Below, one piece after another: positions 27,451 to 37,156 of a stretch of 64,000 nucleotides of DNA. The position numbers and the translations under genes are program-made. Each line of letters starts with the position of its first letter. Position 1 is the stretch's first letter. The notes beneath the pieces were generated by a model. That model ran no database searches and was not told where the DNA came from. It was given only the letters and a program-made list of their open reading frames with translations. Origin of the DNA: Eubacteriales bacterium (lineage in GTDB: Bacteria; Bacillota; Clostridia; Oscillospirales; CAG-272); the NCBI GenBank assembly GCA_045660325.1, contig JAZRDO010000001.1:2462-66461 (forward strand), read 5' to 3'.

Positions 27451-29781
27451 TTAAGCCTCTACGCCGTCATTTTCGGCGGGCTTTGTAAACTTACAGCCGT
27501 TTGTATGACAAACGAGGACGGGCTTACCCTTCTTTCTGAAAAGGATCTTACCGCAATCGGGACATCTTTCGTTCGTGGGCATATCCCATGACGAGAAGCC
27601 GCACTCGGGATACTTTTCACAGCTGTAGAACACGGTCTTGTTCTTACCGTGCTTCATAACTACCTTAGATCCACACTCGGGACAAGAAACGCCGATATCC
27701 TTCTGCTTTGCCTTTGTCGTCTTACAGTTAGGATAATTTATGCAAGCATAGAAGCTGCCGAAGCGTCCTGTACGAAGCACCATATCGCCTCCGCACTTAT
27801 CACACTTGAAGTCCGCCACGATAAGCTTCTTCTCTTCCTTTATTTCCTCAGGCTTTACCTCGGGAGACACGGGGATCTCAACGACATCCTCCTTCTCCGC
27901 TACCTGATCCTCGGTCACAAAGGGCTTTGTGTTGCGGCAACGGGGGTAATTGGGACAAGCCACGAACTTACCGAACTTACCGTTCTTTACTACCATGCGG
28001 GAGCCGCACTTTTCACAAATGATATCGGTCTCCTCAACGGGCACCTCAATGATCTTCTCCTCAAGCTTGCGCTCCGCCTCGGAGAGCTGAACCGAAAAGC
28101 CACCCCAGAAGGAATCGAGAACCTCGAGCATCGTAACGCTGCCCTTTTCGATTTCGTCAAGACGTGTTTCAATATCAGCCGTAAACTTATAGTCAACTAC
28201 GGAATTAAAGTTTTCAAGCATAAGATCGTTTGTGATCTCGCCCAAAGACGTGGGAACGAGGGACTTGCCGTCTCTCTTTACGTAGTTTCTCTGAATAATT
28301 GTCGTGATAATAGAAGAGAAGGTACTGGGTCTGCCGATGCCCTTTTCTTCAAGGAACTTAATAAGAGTTGCTTCAGTATATCTCTTGGGAGCCTCTGTAA
28401 AATGCTTCGCGGGCATTGTCTTTGAAAGAGCAAGAATATCTCCCTCGTTAATTGCGGGGATCTTGCCGTCTCTTACCTCGCGCAGCTCGTCGTGAGTCTT
28501 TGTCTGCTCGTCCTCACTCTCCTCGTAAATAGCCATATAGCCGGGGAACGTAACGGTATAGCTTGCCGCACGGAAGATATAGCCCGAGTTTTCAATGTCA
28601 ACCGAAACGGTCGCAAGAGTTGCGGACTGCATCTGGCTCGCTACGAATCTTTCCCAAATAAGCTTATAGATCTTAAACTGATCGGGTGTAAGATATGCCT
28701 TGATCTTCTGGGGCTCAAGGTTTACGTTAGAGGGACGGATCGCCTCGTGCGCGTCCTGTGCGCCCGACTTTGTCTTATATATTCTGGGCTCGTCAGTATT
28801 GTACTGCTCGCCGTACTTTTCACCGATAAACTTACGTGTAGCCTCCTGAGCCTCAGCGGACACACGGAGAGAGTCGGTACGCATATATGTGATAAGACCC
28901 TGTACGCCGCCGTTCTCTGCGCCTACGTTAATACCTTCGTAAAGCTCCTGAGCCACTCTCATGGTTCTCTGGGACTGGAAGGAAAGCTTCTTAGACGCCT
29001 CCTGCTGAAGCGTGGAGGTAATAAAGGGAGGAGTGGGTGCCTTTGCTCTTTCAGCCTTTGTAACGCCCGCAACCTTAAAATCGCCATTGGAGATCGCTTC
29101 AACGATAGCCATAGCCTGCGCTTCGTTCGTAAGATCCATCTTACCGTTAGCGTCGCCGTAGAATTTAACCGTGAAGGGCTTACCGTCGGAGAGAAGCTCC
29201 GCGTCGATCGTCCAATATTCAACGGGAACGAAATTTCGGATCTCCTCCTCGCGCTCAACGATAATTCTTGTCGCAACCGACTGAACTCGTCCAGCGGAAA
29301 GACCGCTCTTTACGTTTTTCCAAAGCAGCGGAGAAAGCTTATAGCCCACGATTCTGTCAAGAATTCTTCTTGTCTGCTGAGCGTTTACAACGTCCATATC
29401 AATAGTTCTGGGCTGCTTGATCGCACTCTTCACAACGCTCTTTGTGATTTCGTTAAAGGTAACTCTCATCGTCTTTTCAAGCGGAATGCCAAGCACGTTT
29501 GCAACGTGCCAAGCGATCGCCTCACCCTCGCCGTCAGGGTCAGTCGCAAGGTAGATCTTATTCGCCGCCTTGGCTTCCTTCTTGATTTCCTTGATAAGGT
29601 CGCCCTTACCTCTTATGTTGATGTAGTGTGCCTCAAAGTCCTTGTCAATGTCAATACCCATGCTGGACTTGGGAAGGTCGCGCACGTGTCCTACGGTCGC
29701 GATAACCTTATAATTTGAACCAAGATAGCTCTTGACCGTATTACTCTTTGAGGGAGACTCCATTATTACGAGATTTGCCAT
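27451..29781 (-). CDS. topA: DNA topoisomerase I
   Basis: Toprim (VIMESPSKSNTV, DPDGEGEAIAWH), active-site YMRTDS, and four C-terminal Cys4 zinc-ribbon repeats. Confidence 0.95.
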   Translation of the reverse strand: MANLVIMESPSKSNTVKSYLGSNYKVIATVGHVRDLPKSSMGIDIDKDFEAHYINIRGKGDLIKEIKKEAKAANKIYLATDPDGEGEAIAWHVANVLGIPLEKTMRVTFNEITKSVVKSAIKQPRTIDMDVVNAQQTRRILDRIVGYKLSPLLWKNVKSGLSAGRVQSVATRIIVEREEEIRNFVPVEYWTIDAELLSDGKPFTVKFYGDANGKMDLTNEAQAMAIVEAISNGDFKVAGVTKAERAKAPTPPFITSTLQQEASKKLSFQSQRTMRVAQELYEGINVGAENGGVQGLITYMRTDSLRVSAEAQEATRKFIGEKYGEQYNTDEPRIYKTKSGAQDAHEAIRPSNVNLEPQKIKAYLTPDQFKIYKLIWERFVASQMQSATLATVSVDIENSGYIFRAASYTVTFPGYMAIYEESEDEQTKTHDELREVRDGKIPAINEGDILALSKTMPAKHFTEAPKRYTEATLIKFLEEKGIGRPSTFSSIITTIIQRNYVKRDGKSLVPTSLGEITNDLMLENFNSVVDYKFTADIETRLDEIEKGSVTMLEVLDSFWGGFSVQLSEAERKLEEKIIEVPVEETDIICEKCGSRMVVKNGKFGKFVACPNYPRCRNTKPFVTEDQVAEKEDVVEIPVSPEVKPEEIKEEKKLIVADFKCDKCGGDMVLRTGRFGSFYACINYPNCKTTKAKQKDIGVSCPECGSKVVMKHGKNKTVFYSCEKYPECGFSSWDMPTNERCPDCGKILFRKKGKPVLVCHTNGCKFTKPAENDGVEA

Positions 29782-29813
29782 TTTTATTCTGTACTCCGTT
29801 TATATTAATTTTA

Positions 29814-31151
29814 TTATTTTCTTATGTAAAGCGCCCCGGGAAGCGAGGAGATAAGACCCTTGATCTCAAGGATGGTGAGTGATGACATGATCTCTCCCAT
29901 CGTAAAGCCAAGCTTCATAAGTCCGTCTACCGTAATGGGCTTGTCAAGAGGAATTTCGTTGAAGACCGCTCTCTGCTTTTCGTTCAGAGTTTCGATTATC
30001 TTCTGACTCATATCCGACACGTGCGCCTCCTCTTTAGGCTCGGCGGTCGGCTTTGCTTCTTCCTTCGGAGTGTCTGCCTTCGCCTTACTAGTGGCTTTTC
30101 TTGAAGCCTTCTTTTCGGCGCGACGTCGCTCCTCCATATCGGAGATCTCAGCCTTAAGCGGATCGCTCACAGGCTTCTCCGAATAATACCTTACGCTTAC
30201 CTCCATATCTCTTACGGCGCGAAGGTCGATGTCCGAGCACTTCTCCGCCCTTGAGAGCGCTGAGGTATTCAAGGTATCTCTGTAAATATAAGTGTAATTC
30301 TGTATAACATCTCTGCCGCACAAAACTGCCTGCGCTCCGTCGCGGATGAGGGAATTCGTGCCGCTTGTGTTTCTGCCGTCAATGTTACCCGGAACGGCAT
30401 AGATATCCCTGCCCTGAAGGATCGCTTCCTTGGCAGTTATCATAGCGCCGCTTCCGATGTCGGCGTCAACTATAAGTGTGCCCTGAGCAAGACCGCTTAT
30501 AATTCGGTTTCTCACGGGGAAATTTATGCCTTGAGGCTTTGTAGACGGCGGATATTCGGTAATGATCGCGCCGTTGTGCGCGATAATCTTTTCTAAGGTT
30601 GCATGCTCCTTGGGATATACCACGTCAATACCGCAGCCGAGCACCGCGATGGTCTTGCCGCCCGCGGTAATTGCTCCGCAGGATGCGATGCCGTCAATTC
30701 CGAGCGCCATACCGCTGACAATCACAGCACCTGCCGACGCCATCTCGTATGATATTTTATACGCGTGTCGCATTCCGTATTCGCTCATTCTGCGAGTTCC
30801 GACTACCGCGATACAAAGATTGCGGTTAAGGTCGGGCATCTTACCCCACACGTAAAGCAATATAGGGGGATTTTTGAGTGAGCGGAGACTCTTAGGATAT
30901 TCCTCGTCGCCAAAATTCAACGTCTGCACGTTATATCTTGCGCAGTACGACGTAATCTTGGACGCATAAGTAAGGCTCTTGTCGGAGAGGAGCTCTGCAT
31001 ATTTTTCGCCAATACCTGCCTCGGTATAGGTGTCAAAATCCGCGTTATAAATACTTTCAATATCCGAAAGCTTATTGTAGATATCATAAAATACGGGCGA
31101 TGCCGCGCCGAGCTTCAACGATAACCACATCCACAAAAGATCTCTATTCAT
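29814..31151 (-). CDS. dprA: DNA-processing protein DprA (Smf)
   Basis: GMALGIDGIASCGA Rossmann-like core. I prefer ATG 31151 (MNRDLL...) with AAGGTGGGG upstream. Confidence 0.88.
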   Translation of the reverse strand: MNRDLLWMWLSLKLGAASPVFYDIYNKLSDIESIYNADFDTYTEAGIGEKYAELLSDKSLTYASKITSYCARYNVQTLNFGDEEYPKSLRSLKNPPILLYVWGKMPDLNRNLCIAVVGTRRMSEYGMRHAYKISYEMASAGAVIVSGMALGIDGIASCGAITAGGKTIAVLGCGIDVVYPKEHATLEKIIAHNGAIITEYPPSTKPQGINFPVRNRIISGLAQGTLIVDADIGSGAMITAKEAILQGRDIYAVPGNIDGRNTSGTNSLIRDGAQAVLCGRDVIQNYTYIYRDTLNTSALSRAEKCSDIDLRAVRDMEVSVRYYSEKPVSDPLKAEISDMEERRRAEKKASRKATSKAKADTPKEEAKPTAEPKEEAHVSDMSQKIIETLNEKQRAVFNEIPLDKPITVDGLMKLGFTMGEIMSSLTILEIKGLISSLPGALYIRK

Positions 31152-31174
31152 AACTCTCCCCACCTTTTAAAATT

Positions 31175-32008
31175 TTACTTGCCGAAGAACTCCCACATAA
31201 GAACGGATGCCGCTACGCCCGCATTGAGAGATTCAACGCCCTCCGCCATAGGAATGTAGACCGTACCGCTTGCCGCCGAGATCGCCTCCGCGGAAAGTCC
31301 GTGTCCCTCATTGCCTATTACGACAATACTGTTGCTCTCAAAATTATCACATCCGAGCTTCTTGGCGCCACTATCAAGTGCCGCCGCATATACCGCTCTG
31401 CCCTGCGCTCTCAAATGCGAGATCGCATCCGGAATAGAGTCTACAAGATCGATCCTCATACCGAAGATATTGCCCATAGAGGCTCTTACGGTCTTTGCGC
31501 TGTATATGTCCGCACAGTCCGAGCTCATAATGATTTTGTCAACGGAAAACGCCTTTGCGCTTCTTATGATCGCGCCCACGTTCTGCGGGTCGCGAACGGA
31601 TTCAAGCATCAAAATCTTCTCGTTCTCACCTACTGTAATATCGTCCGACACAGGACAATTTCGGTGGATGTCGTCAAGAAAATACGCAGCGGTTACCACT
31701 CCCTCGGGAGATCTCTCGTCGGTAAGACGCTCAAACACCTGAGGAATGGCGTATAAAATTTTAGTTTCAAGCGAGAAAATATCAATGCCGTAAAGGGATA
31801 AAAGCTTCTCCGACACCGACTCCGCAAGAGAGGAATCAAGCACGATACAGTGTATTTTCGCGCCCTTTTTTACCGCCTCGGAAAGCAGCTTTACACCGTC
31901 AAAAACGAATATTTTCTCCTCCTCACGAGCCTTTTTCTTCTGCAAGGATGCGATGAAGGATATGGTTTTATTCTGTCTTGAAGTGATAATTTCCATACTG
32001 TTTGCCAT
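31175..32008 (-). CDS. TrmH/SpoU-family RNA 2'-O-methyltransferase
   Basis: LESVRDPQNVGAIIRSA and VIGNEGHGLS / SLNAGVAASVLM SpoU motifs. Confidence 0.85.
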   Translation of the reverse strand: MANSMEIITSRQNKTISFIASLQKKKAREEEKIFVFDGVKLLSEAVKKGAKIHCIVLDSSLAESVSEKLLSLYGIDIFSLETKILYAIPQVFERLTDERSPEGVVTAAYFLDDIHRNCPVSDDITVGENEKILMLESVRDPQNVGAIIRSAKAFSVDKIIMSSDCADIYSAKTVRASMGNIFGMRIDLVDSIPDAISHLRAQGRAVYAAALDSGAKKLGCDNFESNSIVVIGNEGHGLSAEAISAASGTVYIPMAEGVESLNAGVAASVLMWEFFGK

Positions 32009-32049
32009 AAAAATCCTCGATTTTAAGTGTTTATAATAACCCCTATGTA

Positions 32050-32081
32050 TGACAAAAACCCAGAGAATATCTCCGGGTTTT
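32050..32081 (-). terminator. Rho-independent terminator after rplT
   Basis: Minus strand: AAACCCGGAG-auauu-CUCUGGGUUUUUG. Confidence 0.8.
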
Positions 32082-32092
32082 ATATGTCAAGC

Positions 32093-32446
32093 TCAAAGAG
32101 CAGCCTTTGCCTGTTCTGCGAGTGCTGCGAATGCTTCCTTGTCGGAAACTGCAAGCTCTGCGAGCATCTTTCTGTTGAGTGTGATACCAGCCTTCTTGAG
32201 ACCGTTCATGAATGTAGAGTAGTTCATGCCACAAACCTTTGCCTGAGCAGAGATTCTTGTGATCCAGAGTCTGCGCATGTCTCTCTTCTTCTGCTTGCGT
32301 CCTACGAATGCGTAGTTGCCGCTCTTCATTACTGCCTGCTTAGCCATCTTGAAGTGCTTGGACTTTGCACCCCAGTAGCCCTTAGCAGCCTTTAACATCT
32401 TCTTTCTTCTCTTGCGCGTCATAAGTGCGCCCTTAATTCTAGCCAT
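32093..32446 (-). CDS. rplT: 50S ribosomal protein L20
   Basis: [26 protein letters not shown]. Confidence 0.95.
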   Translation of the reverse strand: MARIKGALMTRKRRKKMLKAAKGYWGAKSKHFKMAKQAVMKSGNYAFVGRKQKKRDMRRLWITRISAQAKVCGMNYSTFMNGLKKAGITLNRKMLAELAVSDKEAFAALAEQAKAAL

Positions 32447-32557
32447 TTTAATTCCTCCATGCCTCGCGTATCGCGGGTCTAATTGTTAATGTTTGTTTTT
32501 CGTCTTTCGACGAGCCTTTGTGTCCCTACGGGACTTAAATTAGTTTGAAGCTGTAAA

Positions 32558-32752
32558 TTAGCCCTGGATCATCTTTCTGATGTTGGGAGCCATAGCCTCA
32601 CTCACGATACCGCCACCGCGAAGCTGTCTCTTTCTCTTAGCTGTCTTGATGCCGAGCTTATGACGGCGATTTGTGTGGTTAATCTTAACCTTACCTGTTC
32701 CTGTTGTGGAAAATCTCTTAGATGCAGCCTTATGTGTCTTAATCTTTCCCAT
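32558..32752 (-). CDS. rpmI: 50S ribosomal protein L35
   Basis: MGKIKTHKAASKRF.... Confidence 0.95.
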   Translation of the reverse strand: MGKIKTHKAASKRFSTTGTGKVKINHTNRRHKLGIKTAKRKRQLRGGGIVSEAMAPNIRKMIQG

Positions 32753-32820
32753 TTTAATCCTACTTCCTTTCTTGGCGTAAGAATACGCCTGTGCTTTTGC
32801 TTATTTTATCGTAACAAATA

Positions 32821-33357
32821 TTATTTTGCCGACTTTGTATTTATCGGAGAAATAACCATACTCATCATTCTTCCGTCAACCGAGGGCTTCTTGTCAACAG
32901 TACCTACCTCAGAGCAGAACTCGCCGAACTTATCAATGATCTCGCGACCGATTGCCAAGTGGCTCATTTCTCTGTTGCGGAACTTCATAACTACGCGTAC
33001 CTTGTTTCCTGATGTAAGGAACTTGCACGCCTGCTTTGCCTTCGTCTCGAAGTCGTGCGTATCGATTCTGGGCGACAGCTGAATCTCCTTGAGTTCAATT
33101 GTCTGCTGCTTCTTCTTGGCTTCCTTCTCACGCTTTTCACGTTCGAAGCGATACTTGCCAAAATCCATGATCTTACATACGGGCGGATTTGCCTGCGCGG
33201 ACATAAGTACAAGGTCAGAGCCCTGATTGTATGCCAGCTGGAGTGCCTTATCCGAGCTCATCATACCGAGCTGCTCTCCGTCTGTTCCTATAACGCGTAC
33301 CTCGGGGAAATTAATTTCCTCATTAACGAGAGTATCCTTAGAGTTGTTTGCTGCTAT
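32821..33357 (-). CDS. infC: Translation initiation factor IF-3 (non-AUG ATA start)
   Basis: The track ORF (32821..33264) starts inside the N-domain. Reading upstream in frame gives IAANNSKDTLVNEEINFPEVRVIGTDGEQLGMMSSDKALQLAY..., the canonical IF-3 N-terminus. The first codon is ATA (33355-33357), 7 nt after GGAGGTG. Confidence 0.85.
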   Translation of the reverse strand: MAANNSKDTLVNEEINFPEVRVIGTDGEQLGMMSSDKALQLAYNQGSDLVLMSAQANPPVCKIMDFGKYRFEREKREKEAKKKQQTIELKEIQLSPRIDTHDFETKAKQACKFLTSGNKVRVVMKFRNREMSHLAIGREIIDKFGEFCSEVGTVDKKPSVDGRMMSMVISPINTKSAK

Positions 33358-33537
33358 GGTCGTTCACCTCCGAAAAATAATTTTTGCGATAATATTTGTT
33401 CATCAGCGCGTTTTAAAATAAAAAACGCACCGAAGCCAAGACTCCCGTGCACACAATTACCGCTTTTTAGCGATTAAAGTTATTGACCACTGCGCGACCT
33501 TTTCGGCAGGGTGGAAGCATGGGACTTCGCTTTATTC
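33358..33537 (-). promoter_or_regulatory. About 180-nt infC leader, candidate L20-responsive attenuator (L20 leader-like)
   Basis: Lies between a consensus promoter and infC. Contains GC hairpins followed by GGUGCGUUUUUUAUUUU (plus-strand coordinates about 33411-33450). Confidence 0.35.
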
Positions 33538-33543
33538 CCAAGT

Positions 33544-33572
33544 ATTATATCATACTCCTTCCCTTTTGTCAA
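33544..33572 (-). promoter_or_regulatory. Consensus sigma-A promoter of infC-rpmI-rplT
   Basis: Minus strand: TTGACA (33567-33572), exactly 17 nt, TATAAT (33544-33549). Confidence 0.7.
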
Positions 33573-33778
33573 TAGCCGAAATGAAATTTTTTCAGAAAAA
33601 TTATTTACGACATTTCGTCTCAAAAACCGCGATTAAAGAGCAAAAAATTCCGCACAGTGCGATAAAAAGCCCTCCGTCGTCGCAAAATATACAAAAATTA
33701 CCACGACATTTATAGCGAAATTTCTATACGCTATTTAAATTGCCGAAATTTTCAGACAAAAATCGTTGAATTTGGCTA

Positions 33779-33807
33779 TTTACAAAAGTCGCTTTTTGCT
33801 GTATAAT
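33779..33807 (+). promoter_or_regulatory. sigma-A type promoter of a candidate small RNA
   Basis: TTTACA (33779-33784), 17 nt, TATAAT (33802-33807). Confidence 0.55.
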
Positions 33808-33812
33808 AATTA

Positions 33813-33938
33813 AGCAAGGGAAAAATTCCTTGCGAGGAGATAAAAGAGCACTTCCATTGTGCGGTGTCTACGCGGTATCAATCTTATGATACAGAGCAGC
33901 GGCCGTATTTTCGGGGGTGCTTTTTCCTTTTGTCTTTA
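33813..33938 (+). ncRNA. Candidate about 125-nt structured small RNA (unassigned family)
   Basis: 5' hairpin GCAAGG-gaaaaatt-CCTTGC (33813-33832), then single-stranded GAGGAGAUAA. A 13-bp closing helix pairs 33843-33855 with 33913-33925 and encloses a GGTATCA/TGATAC hairpin. A T-rich tail follows. There is no plausible ORF. Confidence 0.35.
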
Positions 33939-33987
33939 AAATATTATATATTTTATATATAAAATGCAAAAAAATCTACAAAACCTA

Positions 33988-34016
33988 TGGAAAAATACAA
34001 AAAAATGTGGTATAAT
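33988..34016 (+). promoter_or_regulatory. Extended -10 promoter for lon
   Basis: TGG-TATAAT (34008-34016) with a weak -35 (TGGAAA). Confidence 0.45.
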
Positions 34017-34122
34017 ATTATAATTGAAGGAATATTTTTATTTTTGGTTCGCCGCACGCGAAGAAAAACGCGTTTTCCTTCATACAAAACAAGAATTTAC
34101 CTATTTTCAGGAGATATATATT

Positions 34123-36528
34123 ATGTCAGACATTATTGAAAAAGTGGAAAAGCTCTCGCTTCCCTTGATAGTTTTAGAGGATATCGTAGCTTTTCCCGCG
34201 GAAATTATAAATTTTCAGGTCAAAAAGGACGACTACGGCTCTCACGTAGCCGCAAGTGAGGCTGCCGACGGCTCTCGCTTTGCCTTCGCGCTCCCGCTCG
34301 TTGACAACGGCGAGGGCGAGATGATCCCCTACGACGTCGGTACTGTCATCAAGATCAAGCAGCTTGTAAAGTCCAACGACGGCACACAAAGAGTAGTAGC
34401 CGAAGGCTTCTCGCGCGCGATTATGATGTCGTATAAGGAATCGGGCAAATACAATACCGCAGAGGTCATCTGCAAGACAATGGTGCTTCCCGAGGACGGA
34501 AGCGTTAAGGGCGAGGCATACAAGCGCCGTATGATCGAGGCGGTCGAGAAGATACATAAGCTCGTGCCCTCAATTCCGAAGGAAATCGTAAGCACCGCGA
34601 AATCCATCAAAAATCCCGCGCTTTTAGCGGATTTCATAGCTTCAAACGTACTTGTAAAGCACGAGGATAAGCTCGAGATCCTCCACATATTCAACCCCTA
34701 TCAGAGAATGGAGACACTTCTCTCCCTTCTCGACAACGAAATTGAGATCTTAAAGATCCAGTCGTCTATCCACAAGAAGACGCAGGAAAGAATAAGCAAG
34801 ACACAGAAGGACTTCTATCTTCGCGAGGAGCTTCGCGCGATTCAGGACGAGCTCGGCGACGGTATGAGCGAGATCGACGAATACAGAATAAAGGTAGAAA
34901 AGCTTGAGGCGGGCGACGAGGTAAAGAAAAAGCTCAGCCGCGAGATCGACCGACTCGCAAAGTCCCCCTTTGGCAGCGCGGAGGCGACCGTGCTCTCAAA
35001 CTATCTTGACACCTGCTTGGAGCTTCCCTGGAGCAAGGCAACGAAGGACAGAGCCGACGTTAAGCGCGCTCGCGCCATACTTGACCGCGACCACGAGGGA
35101 CTTTCGGACGTCAAGGAAAGACTCCTTGAATTTTTGGCAGTTAAGCAGTTAAATCCCGATCTTAAGGGACAAATAATATGCCTTGAGGGCCCTCCCGGCG
35201 TAGGTAAGACCTCGATCGCATCATCTCTTGCGCAGGCAATGAACAGAAAGTACGTTCGCGTGTCTCTCGGCGGCGTTCGCGACGAGGCGGACATCCGCGG
35301 ACATAGAAAGACCTACGTGGGCGCGATGCCGGGCAGAATCATATCCGCAATCATTCAGGCGGGAACAAAGAATCCCCTCGTTCTTCTCGACGAGATCGAC
35401 AAGCTCGCAAACGACGGCCGCGGAGATCCCGCGTCTGCACTTCTCGAGGTGCTTGATCCCGAGCAGAACAAGGCGTTCCGCGATCATTTCGTTGAAATGC
35501 CGTTCGACCTTTCGGACTGTGTTTTCATTGCGACCGCAAACACGCTTGACACAGTTCCCCGCCCCCTTATAGACAGAATGGAAATTATCCACCTTGAAAC
35601 CTACACAAAGAGTGAAAAGATGGGTATTGCAAAGAATCATCTTATTCCCAAGCAGTTAAAGAGACACGGACTTACAAAGAGAAGCTTGAAGCTTACCGAC
35701 GAAGCGCTCGAGGAGATAATTGACTCCTACACCCGCGAGTCAGGTGTCCGCAATCTTGAGCGCGAGCTCAGCTCCCTTTGCAGAAAGGCAGCTCTCCGCA
35801 TAATAAACGAGGAAGTAAAGACGGTTACCGTCGGGGTAGCCGACGTAAAGAAATATCTCGGCCCCGAAAAGATACTTCCCGAGAAAATTTCTACCGAAAG
35901 TCAGGTTGGCGTAGTAAACGGACTTGCATACACGCAGGTCGGCGGCGATCTCTTAAAGATCGAGGTTGCTATCCTTGACGGAACGGGCAAGCTTGAGCTT
36001 ACGGGCACACTCGGTGACGTAATGGAGGAGTCCGCAAAGGCGGCTATAACCTGCGCGCGTCAGCTGTGCGACAAATACAACATTCCTTCTGACTTCTATC
36101 AGAAGAAGGACATACATATTCACGTTCCCGAGGGCGCGATCCCGAAGGACGGTCCCTCCGCAGGCGTTACTATGCTCACCGCTCTTGTGAGCGCGCTCTC
36201 AGGCATTCCCGTAAAGAGCGACGTGGCGATGACGGGCGAGATCACCCTTCGCGGCAACGTGCTCGCGATCGGCGGACTCCGCGAAAAGACAATGGCGGCA
36301 TTCTCCGCGGGCGTCAAGACGGTCATCATTCCCGCCGACAACGTAAAGGACATTGAAAAGACCGATCCCTTAGTACGTGAGAACATCACGTTTATACCCT
36401 GCCGCCGCGCAAGCGAGGTGCTCCTCGCCGCTCTCGATATTAAGAGAAACGAGGCGGCAAGTAACGAGGCGACGACTCCCGCATTCATTGGAGACGCCGC
36501 AAAAGGACATATTCACGTAAACGCGTAA
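34123..36528 (+). CDS. lon: ATP-dependent Lon protease
   Basis: LPLIVLEDIVAFP N-domain, GPPGVGKTS Walker A, and PKDGPSAGV catalytic Ser. I prefer ATG 34123 (MSDIIEK..., RBS CAGGAG) over the track start 34024. Confidence 0.95.
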   Translation: MSDIIEKVEKLSLPLIVLEDIVAFPAEIINFQVKKDDYGSHVAASEAADGSRFAFALPLVDNGEGEMIPYDVGTVIKIKQLVKSNDGTQRVVAEGFSRAIMMSYKESGKYNTAEVICKTMVLPEDGSVKGEAYKRRMIEAVEKIHKLVPSIPKEIVSTAKSIKNPALLADFIASNVLVKHEDKLEILHIFNPYQRMETLLSLLDNEIEILKIQSSIHKKTQERISKTQKDFYLREELRAIQDELGDGMSEIDEYRIKVEKLEAGDEVKKKLSREIDRLAKSPFGSAEATVLSNYLDTCLELPWSKATKDRADVKRARAILDRDHEGLSDVKERLLEFLAVKQLNPDLKGQIICLEGPPGVGKTSIASSLAQAMNRKYVRVSLGGVRDEADIRGHRKTYVGAMPGRIISAIIQAGTKNPLVLLDEIDKLANDGRGDPASALLEVLDPEQNKAFRDHFVEMPFDLSDCVFIATANTLDTVPRPLIDRMEIIHLETYTKSEKMGIAKNHLIPKQLKRHGLTKRSLKLTDEALEEIIDSYTRESGVRNLERELSSLCRKAALRIINEEVKTVTVGVADVKKYLGPEKILPEKISTESQVGVVNGLAYTQVGGDLLKIEVAILDGTGKLELTGTLGDVMEESAKAAITCARQLCDKYNIPSDFYQKKDIHIHVPEGAIPKDGPSAGVTMLTALVSALSGIPVKSDVAMTGEITLRGNVLAIGGLREKTMAAFSAGVKTVIIPADNVKDIEKTDPLVRENITFIPCRRASEVLLAALDIKRNEAASNEATTPAFIGDAAKGHIHVNA

Positions 36529-36550
36529 AAGATTATTTGAGGTTACTTAT

Positions 36551-37156
36551 ATGGCACTTAATACACAGAACGTAAATCTTAAAATGACCGCAGGTCTTGC
36601 GAGTCAGTTCCCCCGCGATCCCATTCCCCAGATGGCTCTCTCGGGCAGATCAAACGTAGGTAAAAGCTCGCTTATAAACACACTTCTCGGCAGAAAATCC
36701 CTCGCAAGAGTGTCTGCTACACCCGGTAAGACCATTACCGTAAACTTCTACGAGGTTGACAAAAAGCTCTTCCTCGTTGACCTTCCGGGCTACGGCTTTG
36801 CGGCAAGAAACCCCGCAGACCGCGAAAAGTGGAGCTCACTTACCGACGGTTACTTTACAAAGAACCCCAATATTGATTTGGTTAAGGGCGTAATTCAGCT
36901 TATCGACTCACGCGCGGGCATCACTAAGGACGATAGAATGATGCTTGAATGGATGAACGCGACGGGAATGTACTACGTTATCGTCATTACCAAAATCGAC
37001 AAGCTCAACAAGACCGACAGAGCCGCATGCATTGAGAAGATCACAAACGACCCTGTAATCAACCCCGACACCAAGATCATTCCCTTCTCTTCGCTCAAGG
37101 GCGAGGGCAAGGCGGAGCTTTGGCGCGAAATTTCCATTTGCACAAACGTTAAATAA
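36551..37156 (+). CDS. engB: Ribosome biogenesis GTPase YsxC/EngB
   Basis: GRSNVGKSSLIN G1 motif, DLPGYG G3, TKIDK G4. Confidence 0.9.
   Translation: MALNTQNVNLKMTAGLASQFPRDPIPQMALSGRSNVGKSSLINTLLGRKSLARVSATPGKTITVNFYEVDKKLFLVDLPGYGFAARNPADREKWSSLTDGYFTKNPNIDLVKGVIQLIDSRAGITKDDRMMLEWMNATGMYYVIVITKIDKLNKTDRAACIEKITNDPVINPDTKIIPFSSLKGEGKAELWREISICTNVK

Noticed and set aside
33575-33770. Imperfect direct repeats (GCCGAAAT...TTTTCAGAAAAAT / GCCGAAATTTTCAGACAAAAAT; ACGACATTT twice) upstream of the candidate sRNA promoter.
   Set aside because: They are short, AT-rich and imperfect, so I cannot distinguish them from chance in an AT-rich spacer without genome-wide statistics.
33358-34122. The divergent intergenic region (infC to the left, lon to the right) as a replication origin.
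   Set aside because: I found no TTATCCACA-type DnaA boxes, and dnaA/dnaN are not nearby. The region is explained by two promoters, a leader and a candidate sRNA.
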